A DNA stretch of 64,000 bases. Source: Marsupella aquatica (Eukaryota > Plantae > Marchantiophyta). A program made the position numbers and the translations under genes. Location: the NCBI GenBank assembly GCA_973895155.1, contig OZ316897.1, forward strand, positions 11,555,832 to 11,619,831. Reading direction: 5' to 3'. The notes beneath the pieces are model-generated. The model was not told the origin of the DNA. It did not search any database and saw nothing but the letters and a program-made list of their open reading frames with translations. This document shows positions 1 through 13,500 of this stretch, piece after piece. The first letter of the stretch is position 1. Every line of letters starts with the position of its first letter.

Positions 1-94
1 GGAGTTGTGTTCTGGGTCAACGATTTTTGAAAATCCTCGGTGAGCAAGTTTCTGAAACACTTGGTTCTCTGCTACAAACACGTTTATTTTTCAG

Positions 95-2011
95 AGTGCG
101 GAAGATCACCCATTTGAGTGCGTGCCAGTTGCAGTTCTCGATCAAGTGGCGCACTTTCTCACTGTAAGTTTCTTGATTTCTTTCCTTCTCTCAGCCCACT
201 GGTTAGAATGATGAGTCGACAACATTGTAAAGAGAGAATGATTTGGTTGAAATGTAATTCTTGGCGTTTTCTGTACTAGAGATGCACTTGCTTATGCATT
301 CACCTGTGGCTCCCCAGGGCGCGAGGGAGGAATTGCGAGAATCAATGGCGGCAGATGCAGTTGCACTCAATGCTGAAAGCTTTAGCTCTCTAAATGAAAT
401 GGACGGTGCAGAGCCTCACATGAAAGGTCTTTCGAGTACAAATCAAGGCCAGTTAAATCTTGGGGTGTCAAATACAGACATGTCCAGCCTCAGATCAGAC
501 TTACCTAGCCAAGTTGGCTCTCCAATCAAGGATGAAACTGATTCCCTGCCAAACGGGAATTCTAATATCCAGAAGAAAATAGCCTCTTTAAGGTTCAACG
601 ATGCAAATGCTGCTTATGATGTTGAAGAAGAGCTACTTCTTTCCAGTATCGAGTCCAGAGCAAAAGAGCTTATTCGCATGCGTGGTGGTCGCCAAGACTT
701 AATCGTGGTGGCTTCACTCCTGGGACGTGTCCCTAATCTTGCTGGGTTGGCTCGCACTTGTGAGGTAAGATGCACTGCATGTAGAGTACCTTTTACTTTC
801 AGGTGAAACAAACTCGAGACCCAAGCAACACGGACCGGAGTTTTTCTCTGATCCACATGATATGATCCAACTTGTATGGAAGCATGGAATGCTAATTGGG
901 TGAAGGCACAGAAAGCTGAAAACGGCTAAAGAGCCGAAAGTGGATTGTGAAATCCTTCAGAGATTGATTGTCCTGTACAGCAAAGGCCTGCTTTCAAGCT
1001 ATTTTAGAGGTCACCGTTTATCAAAGCCCTTCGATGAATCACTGATGCGTCACATTATCCTGGTTGCACTCAGGTGTTCAAGGCATCTAGTTTAGTTGTA
1101 GCAGATGCTAGCATTGCGGAAAACAGACAATTTCAATTGATCAGGTAAGTTCATTCTCTCCTATATCGTTTCTACTAGCTTGAGATCACAAGAACTTTCT
1201 ATATTCCATAGAAAGTATTGGCCACTGTATTTCCTTTTGCCGCTAGCTTCTTTAATTCAGCCCACTAGACAAATAATTAGCCGAATGTTGAATGTAATTT
1301 GGTTCAGCTGCAGAAAAATAAAGCTTAGAGCATTTCAGTTCTTTCCTAAACCTGGACACCTCACCCATAGAAAGAGTTACCATGTATTACAAGACTCGTC
1401 GACATACCGTCTCTACGGTTTTGTCAAATCAATCCGTGGGCGGGTCTTATCATTGCTTGCTATTGATGTTGCTTTGGGAATCGGTGTTCTGTCGGATGGT
1501 TTTCTTGGCTCAGTGTAACGGCCGATCAGTGGATCCCTCTTGTTGAAGTCCCAGAAGCTGCACTCAACACCTATTTAAATCGCAAAAGGAAAGAGGGATA
1601 TTCTGTTTTGGGGCTCGAACAGACTGCCAACAGTGTCTCCATCGACAAATTTGTATTCCCGGAGAAAGTGGTGCGCTTCTTCATTGTTTCCATGTTTTAT
1701 GATAGATAGTATTTTTACTTCATACTTCCCCTGTACAAAATGACGGTCCTTAGTGCTAGATTTGTGGTTCGTCATACTACCTAACCGTGTTTTGACACGG
1801 ACTCTTTCTGGGTTTGCAATAGGTTTTGGTGCTGGGACGGGAATCGGATGGAATACCTGTTGACGTCATTCAAGCCCTTGACACATGTGTGGAGATCCCG
1901 CAGCTCGGAGTCATTCGCTCCCTTAATGTCCATGTCAGTGGAGCAATAGCAATCTGGGAATATACGCGGCAGCATCTCAACTCTAGAACTAATTTGGTGG
2001 TGTCGAATTAA
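95..2011 (+). CDS. TRM3: 3' part of a tRNA (guanosine-18-2'-O)-methyltransferase, Trm3/TARBP1-like, with a C-terminal SpoU domain; the 5' part lies outside the window
   Basis: Exons 95-163, 318-764, 1074-1144, 1514-1670, 1823-2011 (933 nt, GT-AG, phase-consistent). They encode the SpoU motifs [45 protein letters not shown] and [24 protein letters not shown]. Confidence 0.93.
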
Positions 2012-4280
2012 ATCCAACCCATAGCGGCATTCCATTTTCAGCTCCGGTCAATGGATCAATTTTGTTCTCGTAGTTCGGATCTGCAGCTCGATACTGGAAT
2101 TTGAGTAATCAATGATCAACATCTTTCCTTATAATTGAGTCATTTAAGGCATGTACGTAGCACTTAGTCGCAGTCGGTTCTGACTGATGTGACAACAAAG
2201 TAAAGTAGATTTGCAAAGAAATGAGTTGAATTTGGGTCCAGTCTTCCTCTCAAGAACTATCTAGTTACTTTTCTTGAAACCAGAATCTAATCACTGTGTC
2301 AGATTTTATTTATAAATCTCGTGCCAGAGTTCTGTCGGCAGGCTCCATTGGTACCGGTTGTAGGGAGAGCACTTTGTTTAAAACAGAGTCGTTGATACAT
2401 ACATCAGGTAGACTAAATACTGAGACTGAACAGGAGTTGCATTTAACGTACAGGTACCATCCTAAGAAGAACCCAAGTACCACTCCTATCATTGACTCCT
2501 TAATTGGATGTTCACCAGTTGTGTGACAGAAACCTGATATGGAACAGTCCATAAGCGGATCACAGGTAGTATCTCAGTCCCACGGAGATATTTAGAATTC
2601 GGAGCGTTAGACATCCCATTGCAATGGCTGGGCAATGCGGAGAAGGACTTCCGAAATTGAGGATGCTAACTGGGCAATACACTCACAAGCGACGAGCTTC
2701 GTGTAAATGGTAGGGACGTACTCTTGTACACTGTAGCTAGGCAAGTGAGGAGGAGCCCATTTTACGAATCTACCGAGGAGAGACGGACGGGTAGATTGCA
2801 AAAAGTGGGCCCATCCTCAGCACTTCTTCGGGATCATAATAATTGAGGACACCACGACTCACTTCATCATTGTGAAGCATGTCAAAGAATTTATCACGAA
2901 ATGATTGAAAGAAGCTCATCCATTCGGCCTGAATTTGCGTCGACAGACATGCAACTGTAGAAATATACACTAGAAAATGCTTGTTGGGAATTAAACGGTC
3001 TTTTTCCTACCTGGGAAGAACAGTCAAATGCCTCAGAAAGATGAAAACTCAAAGGCTCCCGAACTTGGAGGACGGCTAACAAAAAGCAGGAGCTTAGCAC
3101 ATCAGGACTCCTCATCCGGTAGGGTGGCTTTGTTGGTAAAGCACAACGGAGCACACTCCTTTCACCTGATCGTATTCTGAGGCCAGTGATAGCAATTCAG
3201 TCGATTGGTTGCCCCAAGTAGCACGTGCGACATGAACTGTACCCTGCCACCAATTATACCATGAAGCCTGTGCTATAAAAGGCTGCTTGCTCAGCTGGAG
3301 TACCGTCTAACAAAGATTACATATCCGACTGAATGTTCGACCTCGTCCTGTTGGGACCTGACCATATGCATACATGAACATTCTTTTGACAGAAGTGGGC
3401 GGCGGGGTGCTTCCTCATCACGCGCATTCAGGTAACTCCTCAGTAAAGTTCTTGCTTAGCTCTGGATCGCCTGCAACCTTGGAACTGCTGAACCGAAAGG
3501 TGTTCTTGCCCAATAAGAAACAGGAAACCCTTAGTTGGTACCAGCGAGACAACTGCAAAAGCCTGTCACATGCGGAATTTGGTCGAGTTGATTGTGTAGG
3601 GTGAAACCTAGCTCTCTTATCCCTGGCCCAGATTTCGGTGTCTGGGTCAAACACCGAACCTAATTTCGGAATTGTGCTAGCCACCTGGAAAGTAGACCCT
3701 AGTATCTGCGCACCCCTCTGCCTACTTCGTGCAACTCTTGCTGGGGGAAAACGATGAAAGATGGTACAGTAGAGGATACAAGATCTAATCTCACAAAAAG
3801 TCATTTTCCAGTTTCAGCGCCGTGTTTCAGGTATTTGGTTGGCCAATCGTGCCTAACGTTCGGCTTACTCGCATTTTCCTGTGAACGTCAAGTTTACAAT
3901 TAGTGTAGGCGACAGTGTTTTTCCTAAGCGATATCTATTTGAACAATACATTACCTTTTAAACCGTGTTTTGTAACATACGTGGACCTTGAGTGGTTTGG
4001 AACGGGCTTAAACTGTAATCTCGAGGGTAAAGAATCCGTCCATCGTCTAGAACAAAACTTACTTTAAGTAATTGAACTCTTTGACGTGAGAGGAGAAAAA
4101 TCGCCTGTAGAGTTCTTTCCTCGCTGGGTCGTCAGCCAAATAGTGCCCAACTACCTATCCACTGGGCAACTGAAGTTCACCCACGATTGAAACAGCGTCC
4201 GTGGACTGCAATCAGACTTCTTGCCTTGCCAAGTTCTCAATCAATGCGGCCATTGCGACAATCTCACTCTGTCACGTTCG

Positions 4281-4555
4281 TTCTTGCACTCATGTATATC
4301 ACTTCTCAATTGCTGGTGAAGAGGCGACGAGCTTAATTGATTCACTCACTCACTCACGTGAACATTCACTCCTTCACTTCTAGCGGTGGAGGAAATCAAA
4401 CAGGTTGAAGTGTCAAAAAACTCATGTTCTTTCTTGCACTCTGCATGTATCTCACTTCCCAATTGCTGGTGTGGAGGAGGAGGATTCACTCACTCACGTG
4501 ACCGAAGAACGCATTCACTTCTAGCGGTGAGGAAATCAATCAGCTTGAAGTCACA
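4281..4555. repeat. Degenerate tandem duplication, unit ~150 bp
   Basis: ttcttgcact...caattgctggtg...gattcactcactcacgtga...ttcacttctagcggtg...ggaaatcaa occurs at ~4281-4415 and again at ~4431-4555. Confidence 0.8.
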
Positions 4556-6264
4556 ATGAGGCAATGAGCAGTGAGGATTGAGCTCATTAAATGGAACTGA
4601 ATGAGTAGCTCATCATTTAAATTGTACGCTGTTCATTCGGATGGGGGGAGGAGCATAATTATGGAACAGGGTCTGAGGATTGAATGAAAGGAAAGGAGGG
4701 GCTCAGCTTTGAGTACAGTGTTGTACTCTACAGAATTGAGCTAAGGATTTGAGGCTTCGAGCTCTCCATATGGAACACAAGGAAGCCTGTTGATGATGGA
4801 GGGCCAAAATCTCAAGTCACGATGTCCTCCCTCACAAAATGGCACCTACCGAGTAATGTACTGAGCACCGACCATGTTGAAATCAACTCTAGTGTCCAGT
4901 GCTCATGAGCCCTCGGGCAGTCACTGTTGTCCCTTGGGTTAAGATCGACGGTCCAGATGCCGTGTACTTTGCCGGACATAGATTTCGACCATCGATCTGC
5001 TGTCATCTCTCGACAAGTTTGGAGAAACATGCAAAAGTATAGATTACCTCAATAGGGCCCTGATGAAAGACATAGCTTACCCAGATACATATCACATTGG
5101 TGAAGAACAAAAAGTGTCAAGCAGCTGGGAGACAGGATCTCAATATATAGATCACACTGCCAAAGAACCAAAAATTGTAAAACTGAGAGATAGGTTACCA
5201 TATGCCAAAGACACCAAAATTTGTAAAACTGAGAGATAAGTTACCATATGCCAAATACCCAAATAGAGGGGAGAACACAAGGGGGAAACCCATGAAGACC
5301 ACAGAGCTAAAAAGCCCGGGAGCCCCCCACAAAGACAAAAGGGCAAAACTCTATAGACAAGTAAATTGAAAACCCTGGTTAAGCTCCAATAAACTGCAAA
5401 CTGCATAGGATTTCACAAAGAATAATAGAGGCCCTAAAATCAGCAGCCTCTCACCTCACACTACAACCACAAAAATAAAGCACTTTGGTTACGGCCGAAC
5501 TTCGACAGGCACTAATGGACAACAATAAATGCATATATACATATATATACTCATGTCTTTGCCTTGTGTGCACTCAGGGGGGCAGTGATTGGGCCATAGG
5601 TGCAACAACGAAATCACGGGACCCAATGGACAACAATAAAATAACCTAGCCTAGTCTAGAAATCACATTATGTTAGGCATTGGGCACGATGAGTCACGCA
5701 TGCCATGGCCATGGCCATCCACTCTCAAAGTGATCCATCCATACAGGACGTGAATGTAGAACACAGCTGAGAGTACAGTTTTGTACTACCGTACTGTCCA
5801 GTAGTACAGTACTGAAGTAACATTCGAGCACCTGACAGTCTGACATGCCCTGTTTTTTTATTTCCACTCGAAACGTGTGTTCATTATTGAAAAAACAAAA
5901 AGAGCAGGCGACATGCCATGTTTCATGAAGTCATGCCTTCCATACGCTATACTCCAGGTCAACGGTTTACCACCCTACAGATAACTGTATATTATACGGT
6001 TCATGTATTGTACCTGGACAGACAACAATCGACAGACTGGTTATTTTTATCTGAAGGAATACTTTATTTAGAGTCTATGGGGTCTAAGTGTAAGCTCACG
6101 AAGACACCCCAAGGGTGCAGTTATTTATGTTATGCACTTCATCATCATAAGTGTATGTTGCACTTGTTGCTTTCCAATAAGTGTCTATGAAATCATTTAT
6201 GCACACCCACAAATGTCTTGTAAGGTCATACTCATGGACCTCTCATACCCAGAATCCTCTTAGT

Positions 6265-6590
6265 GCACTATTCAACTGGATCAGTGCATGAACTATAGTG
6301 TGTAGTTGTCTGTTGCACTTATCAGTAAATTCTTCTGCACAATTCAACTGGATAAGTGCATGAAATTACAATGTGTAAGTTGTCTGCTGCACTTATCGAT
6401 AAATTCTTCGAACATCTGTGTTGCCGTGATTGATGATGTATTTGTACTCTTATAGAAGGAAAATGCCCTTATGTATCTGTCATTTAATGACATATAAATG
6501 ACATTCTTCTAACATATGTGTTGCTACGATTGATTAATGTATTTGTACTCTTATAGACTGAAAATACCCTTATGTATTTGTCATTAGTGA
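6265..6590. repeat. Two adjacent two-copy tandem duplications
   Basis: attcaactggat(c/a)agtgcatgaa...tgcacttatc...taaattcttc occurs twice, followed by aacat(c/a)tgtgttgc...gtatttgtactcttataga...cccttatgtat twice. Confidence 0.8.
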
Positions 6591-9500
6591 CAGGCAACCT
6601 GCACTTACAGACGGTGCATTTTTAGGTGCATTTACAAAAAAAATTGCTGTATTATTGAGGGACTACATGACCACCCTGCAGTTACCCACGGAATGCAGTT
6701 ATACAGGATCCACTTATCCACTGTACATTGTATATGCTAAGTAAAACCCGATAAATACGGAGTAACAGGCCACCCAAAAACACATCCAAGGCCAAATCTC
6801 CACACAAAGGCCAAACACATTCTGTCGAGAGTGGACGAGAGCAAAATGGTAGCACAAAAACCAGTGAAAGGCAAAACAAATGCCCCATCGAAAGAAAGTG
6901 CAACAAACTACTGCAAATGAGAGGGCCGACACTCAAGAGCAGGGGGGGAGATCCAGCAAAAAACTAAGATCTGAGCAACTGGTCTGCAGCAGAAAAATCC
7001 AAAGAATGTTTATGGGTCAGATTTGCAATTGGCTATCCATGAAAGGATATAATTTTCCTGTCGTCCAAGGGATTGTATAGGAAAAGACTGGATGGCACAA
7101 TAGTTTATAAGGTGTTTCTCTTTTTGGACAAGATGCCAATCATGTCACCTTGTGTGAAGGGGATGATGCTTAGCATATTTGTTATCTAATTTCACTAGAT
7201 TATTTTTTGACTGTTAGATCTTCCTAGTTTAAGGACAACCATGGGGGTTCTGAATTATGGGGTCTGTGGCAAGGTGGAAAATGGCTAATGCAAGACAAAA
7301 GAAACCTGGTGACTTTTTGCCAAACATGGTGTAGAGCTTTCAGTGAGGTGAACTTTGGTGATTTTTTGCCACCAATAAAACCCACCAACAATGCATCTTG
7401 ATTATTTGAAAAATTAGAATTTTTTTGCAGTATAGCAAGTCATGAGACCAGAACCATTTACGGAGAAGTATATAATAGTACACTCACAAGGTGGCTTGCA
7501 ATAAAGGAAAGGCTTAAGAGTCCACGACACAAGGCATACTTATCTACCAATAGCCAAGGAAGTTGGTTATAGAGACTGTAGACCGTCCTATATGATGGAA
7601 AGTTACCAAGCTTTTCAGTATGCTTCTCAATAGGGTTTTTAGTGCTTTTTGCACCTACATACTTTTTGACGCTTCAGTCTTCCTGGGGTGTTTGAGATTT
7701 CTCTCCCTTATTGGGTAGGCATATTTGAAATCCTCGTGTGATGATTTGTGTTTTTTTGACATGTGATATTGTAATATAAAACACAATATACAATTGATTT
7801 AGGAGTGTAAGAAAGCAACGTTGACAATGACAGTTGACATCCCCCCACCCCCCTGTATCTCATAGATACATTTTAAAAAGTTATGTGCATTTAAGAAAGG
7901 GGGACCAAGATCCTCTGCAGTGTATATTTTAGTTACAGTTAAAAAGTCATGTGCATTCAAGAACGGGGGACCAAGATCCAATTCTGTAAGTTTCTGTTTT
8001 TAAAATTGTTTTTAATAGGTGTGGGGAATGCTCTCCTATCGAGAGATATGCTTAGTAGACCCCCTTTTGGAAAAAGTTTGCTTAATCAACCCCCTCAATA
8101 TTTTTCCCCAATCTGGATCGTTGATGGACCTTTCGATCTCAAATCTGGACCGTTGATAGACCTCAAGGGGTCTATCAAGTAACAAGTTTCAAAAGATCAA
8201 GCAAATACCTCCTCTCATCTATCCCCTGTGTATTCTTGATATAATTTCTTCAGATTTTTAAAGATTTTGACCTGAGCCCCTAGTATTGCGTTAGGGTTGG
8301 TATCCTTGACGGTTTCTTTTGAATAAAACAACAATTATAAAAGAAATTTTGCTATGGTTAGGGTGGAGGCAAGAATTTGCTTTAGATTTGAATTTTTCTT
8401 GAAGGTTTGGCTTATTTGGTAGCGTTAGAGAGTGAATGTTGTCCCTGCTAGGAGATATCTATCTAAACCTTAATATGTAAACATTATAGTAAGTAACCCT
8501 GCTTGTTTTCCCTTGTGATCTGTGTACAAAATGCAATTTTGGGCTGCAAAATCATGGGCATTGGAGTTTTTGAGAAAGCTCAATGTATCATGTGAACTTA
8601 CTTTCAGAATATTCTAAGCATCTTGGTGTAAACACTGACTCTTCAATGTACACTTAATTTTTGAAATAAAAAACTGCATACAGGAGAATAATTTTCTTGA
8701 AAGCAATGCTTGGATGGACCACTCCATGAACCTTGCAGCCCAGATAGACCAGGTTACTGCTGACCAAACAAGTATAAATTGTTTTACAAAGGAGAAAAGC
8801 TATTTGAACACAAAAGGTGTTTCTGTAGTCCATCTGGGGTGTGCCGGTAGATCTGTACATTTTGTCTAACTTTCTAAGATTTAGGTCCATAGGGGGCTTC
8901 AGAAATTTAGGTCCACTGGAGAAAGTGAAGCCCGGATGGACCTCCATGTTGGACACATAGATCCGTGGGCCACATTTTGATGGTTCATGTGAATTTTGGG
9001 CTTATAATTTGAAGATTGTGAATTTTCAGATACATTTAAATTCTTCATCTGCATGGCAATTGATGAAGAAGGAGACTTAAAAAAAAAACCTAATATTCCA
9101 TATTAACACAATGAAAATTTTATTTTTTAAAATTACCTTTCCCCATTCCATGATGAATAATCCAACCAAAATGACCAAAATTTCACTCTCTCTTCCATGG
9201 AAGTGTACCTTACCTACTCCTCTAGCTCATACTCAAACTAAAAAATATTTGATATTTTTATAAACATCAAGTTATTACAACTAAACTCAAATTATGTGAC
9301 ATGTGATCCATGGGGGTGCAAAAGACCAACATTGTGGTCCATAGTAGCATCGGCTTCAGTTTCTAATATTCTTACGTTTCGGTGACTTTACAAAAATGAA
9401 AACAATTAATGTTTCACGCTTACCCGGATAGCGGGATAGGCACCACGGTATAAGTGAGAACTGGGATGGTCAACACGCTATAAATGAGGCAGTGGGGTCC

Positions 9501-9683
9501 AGCCATAGCTGACAGGGGCTCGTTCGTGCTCTGCCTCCCCCTTGCCGCCCTTCGCCCCTTCCCAAGGTGCTCCCTACCTCCATCGATCCCTTCATTAATT
9601 GATCGATCGATGGACCGGTTGTTGCCATACTAAACTCAAAATCCGACCACCTGAGCAAACGTAGTTTATTAGAGCAGCACCTC

Positions 9684-9941
9684 ACTCTCTCTCGCTCTCT
9701 CTCTCTCCCGCTGTCTCTCTTTCACTCTCGCTCGCTCATCTCTTTGGACACGAGTAGTGGCGTTCTTCAGTGTAGGGAGCGAGAGCGAGGAAGAAAGGCA
9801 GAGAGAGGTATTCAATTGCCAAATTGCAGAAAGGGGGAGCGAGGTTTCTATTACTTGCCATTGCAGCAAGAGAGAGAGAGGTTTTCAGTTGCCATTGCAC
9901 TGTTAGTGGACTCCGTTGCGTTGCGTTGCGTTGCGTTGCGT
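9684..9941. repeat. (CT)n, (GA)n and (TTGCG)n simple repeats in the promoter/leader of the transporter gene
   Basis: CT-rich run at 9684-9742, GA runs, and gttgcgttgcgttgcgttgcgttgcg at ~9916-9941. Confidence 0.75.
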
Positions 9942-10545
9942 CTCAAGTCTCGACGCATGGGTCGGTTTCATGGGGTCGGCTAAATTGAGATCATAGTTCC
10001 TGCCGCGGTCTGTAGGGTCCCACTTCGTCGCATTGCATTTTCGTTGCAATTCATTGTGGTGTATAGTATACTGTAGTGTAGTGTAGTGCTTACTGTGTTG
10101 CGTTGCATTGCATTGGGGCACTGGTCTGAGGAGCACACTGTTCGCACAAGGATTTTACGAGCTTCACTGCGGGGGAGGGGAGGGAAGGACGAGGGTTTAG
10201 GAGCATTGAAGGACAGAAAAGAAGAAGCTGGGCAGCTGGGATTCAATTCGGGAAGGAAGGAGAAGACAAAGTGCACGGAGAGGACGGGACGGAGGAGTAG
10301 GGGAGGGTCAGATCGTTTTAGCCGAGCTTTAGGCGACGGGAGTAGATTCGGAGGGAAAGTAACGCGGACGTTAGGTCGTTCGTTGAACGTGGAAGAAACA
10401 CAAGGCGATTTGAGCAGATAGTAGGCTTCTTGTAATCGGAAGAGGAAAAGAAGAAGCGTCAGGAGAACAGGGGCGCATCGGCCAAAGCAAAGTTTAGCTG
10501 CTGTTGTAGGTCCATTCGGACCGGGCGACAGAGGCAAGAGGAAAG

Positions 10546-13500
10546 ATGGAGTTGTATTACCACGTCGTGTTCTGGGTTCTAGTGATGGTTCTTGGAGCAT
10601 TGGAATTCAGCAAGAGCAGCAAGGATCGCGTAGCTACCACCTCCGCATTCACGGCCTTCAAGAACAACTATCTTGTCGTCTATTCTCTCATGATGGGTAT
10701 GTTTGTTTGGTCGTCGTTTTCAGTGTTGTCTGGATTTTCAGATCTCGTCTCAAGCTGAGCCTTGGGAGTCGTCTAGGCTAATACCGTGGCTCCCGTCACG
10801 CTGAGCTAGCGGCTGTGTGGGCTGTGAATGCCGAATACAAGTCCATTGGTGCACATTTCTCTTGTGTATTCTTTTCCCATAATCTGTTCCCAATTGGACT
10901 GGGTCTGATGGTTGGTTGTTACGACATTGCTGATAGCTTTACCCCGGGGCTGGATCCGAGGGCTAAATGATTACTTGATTTCTTGTTGTACCATCATTTG
11001 CTCTCGATTGAGTCGAGTTGGTGGTTTGTAGTCGAGGAAATGCTGATGTTTGAAGTGTTCTCATGCTTTATTTTCAGCTGGAGACTGGATGCAAGGGCCA
11101 TACGTGTACGCCCTCTATGATCATTATGGATATTCGGAGGGTGACATCGGCCAGCTATTTATTGCTGGCTTCGGATCCTCGATGCTCTTCGGAACAATCG
11201 TGGGTTCCCTTGCCGATAAACAGTGAGTGTAGTTGTTTATGACGTGTATGGGAGTGCAGTTGTGCTTAAGGTCATCATTCATTCCACTATTAGTGCTACT
11301 GTGGTATTATCATTGTCGGTGGTTTGTGAATTGACGACTTTGGGTGTATCGAAATGTTATCTGTGCAGCGGACGGAAGAGGGCAAGTATCACGTATTGTG
11401 TCACCTACATTTTGAGTTGCCTTACGAAACACTCACCGAATTACAGAGTGCTTATGCTGGGCCGCATCTTGGGCGGTATAGCGACGTCGCTGCTGTTCTC
11501 GGCATTTGAGTCATGGCTGGTTGCTGAACACTTCAAGGTAGATTACTAAAATCTGTCGGTGGTTTACTTGTATTTTACTTCAACGATACCCTCCTTTTCC
11601 TTTTCTTGGTACTCTGGCTGTTCATCCATAGCTTTTGCTTCATGGATTGGGTCGATAGTAGGATAAATTCCTTGCCTGACAATTGTATATAATTAATTGC
11701 CTTGCAGAGGGGCTTCGAGGCACAGTGGTTGTCCTTGACATTCTCCAAAGCTGTTTTCCTTGGGAATGGGCTCATAGCTATCTTGGCCGGTCTCCTCGCC
11801 AACACTCTGGCGGGCACACTCGGCTTCGGTCCAGTTTCCCCATTCGATGCGGCAGCTGTCGTTCTGGCAGTGGGCATGGGCATTATTATTTTCACTTGGC
11901 CAGAAAACTATGGTGATCCTTCCGAAAGCAAGAATTTGATCTCTCAGTTTCACGCAGCAGCTTCGGCCATTGCCTCTGGTAAGCCACAGAACGAAGGAAA
12001 AATGTAGCTTTCAGGTCAATCGTCATGTTTTCTAATGACAACGGATCTCAGTGTGTTTGGATCCTTCAGACTACAAATTACAACTCAAACCTTTATGTCG
12101 TTACCCGCGTTTTATTCCTTAAGTCGGCTACATTTTAATTAACTATGCTCAATTATCTCTTCTTTGAATCTTACAACAAAGTTTGGTGAATTGAATGGGG
12201 ATATTATCACGTTGCGAAATGGACTGACCTATGTGCTGTGCTTGAATGACCTGTAATAGACGAGAAAATCGCTCTTCTTGGAGCCATTCAGTCTCTATTC
12301 GAGGGTTCCATGTATACTTTTGTGTTTTTGTGGACCCCAGCTCTGAGTCCACATCATGAGAGTATACCACACGGATTCATCTTCGCCACTTTCATGCTCT
12401 CCTCAATGCTAGGGAGTTCTTTGGCTTCTCGCTTGTCTGCGAATTCGGCCCTCAAGGTGGAAAGCTATATGCAAATTGTATTTCTAGTCTCGGCCGGGTC
12501 TCTTCTTCTCCCGGTCCTAATCAGCGTAAGTCAGGAGATCCAAACTCTGCGTACTTACAGCTAATTATACTTGCCTCTCTACGCATTCTCATGTTAGCCA
12601 GTCGCGCAAGTGTGGATATGTCAGTGTCTATGCCTTTAAACTGCTTTCTCAGAGCTCCTAATGGAAATGGGACTTACCGTCTTTTCTTAATGCTTGCAAG
12701 CTGCCTTTTACTATCTGGAAAATTTCCTAATTAGATCCCTTCGTATGCAGCTACCTGTTTCGTGGATTGTATATGATTACTGCATCCGTCTTAAGTTGGT
12801 TTAATAGGCCATGTTGAAGTTAATGTAATTGGATTGCCCAAATCTGATTATTGGGACCGTCGGACAACAATTGAATAGGATGCCAGAGTCGTTGGCTTTG
12901 ATGTTGTTTTGTTGGATTTCATTTAGACACTGAGTCAAAGAAAGCATAAGCACGAAGCCTCATATTACTTCGTTCAAATGTCCTTGCTCCTTTTGGATTG
13001 ACTTCTTCAATTGCTCCAAGACCTATGAAAGGAAGTGGACGGAATCAAACTGACATGCAAATTGATCATGCCATGCGTGCTGCAGTTGATGGTTGTCGAA
13101 GGGCCGAGTACAGATGACATATCTTTTTCAGGCCGGTTGCTGCTGTTGGGATTCTGCGTTTTTGAAAGCTGCGTAGGTGTCTTCTGGCCATCGATCATGA
13201 AGATGAGATCGCAGTATATTCCAGAGGAATCGAGAAGCACAATCATGAACTTTTTCCGAATTCCTCTCAATATATTTGTCTGTGTCGTGCTTTACAATGT
13301 AAGCTCCGATACCTTTCCTTTTTACAGTTGCCGGGTCCCATCGATAACTTGCATGTTTGTTTTCTTCGTTATCACAGCTCCTTTGCTTTCGCTTTTGTGA
13401 CATTCTTTTCTTGGTCGTTTATCTTGTTGCAGGTGAGTGCCTTCCCGATTTCGGGGATGTTCGCCATGTGTTCCGTCTTCCTCCTTATGGCAGCAGTTCT

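Noticed and set aside
9903-10600. Several overlapping ORFs up to 206 aa upstream of the transporter
   Set aside because: GC/GA-rich leader sequence; low-complexity translations without motifs
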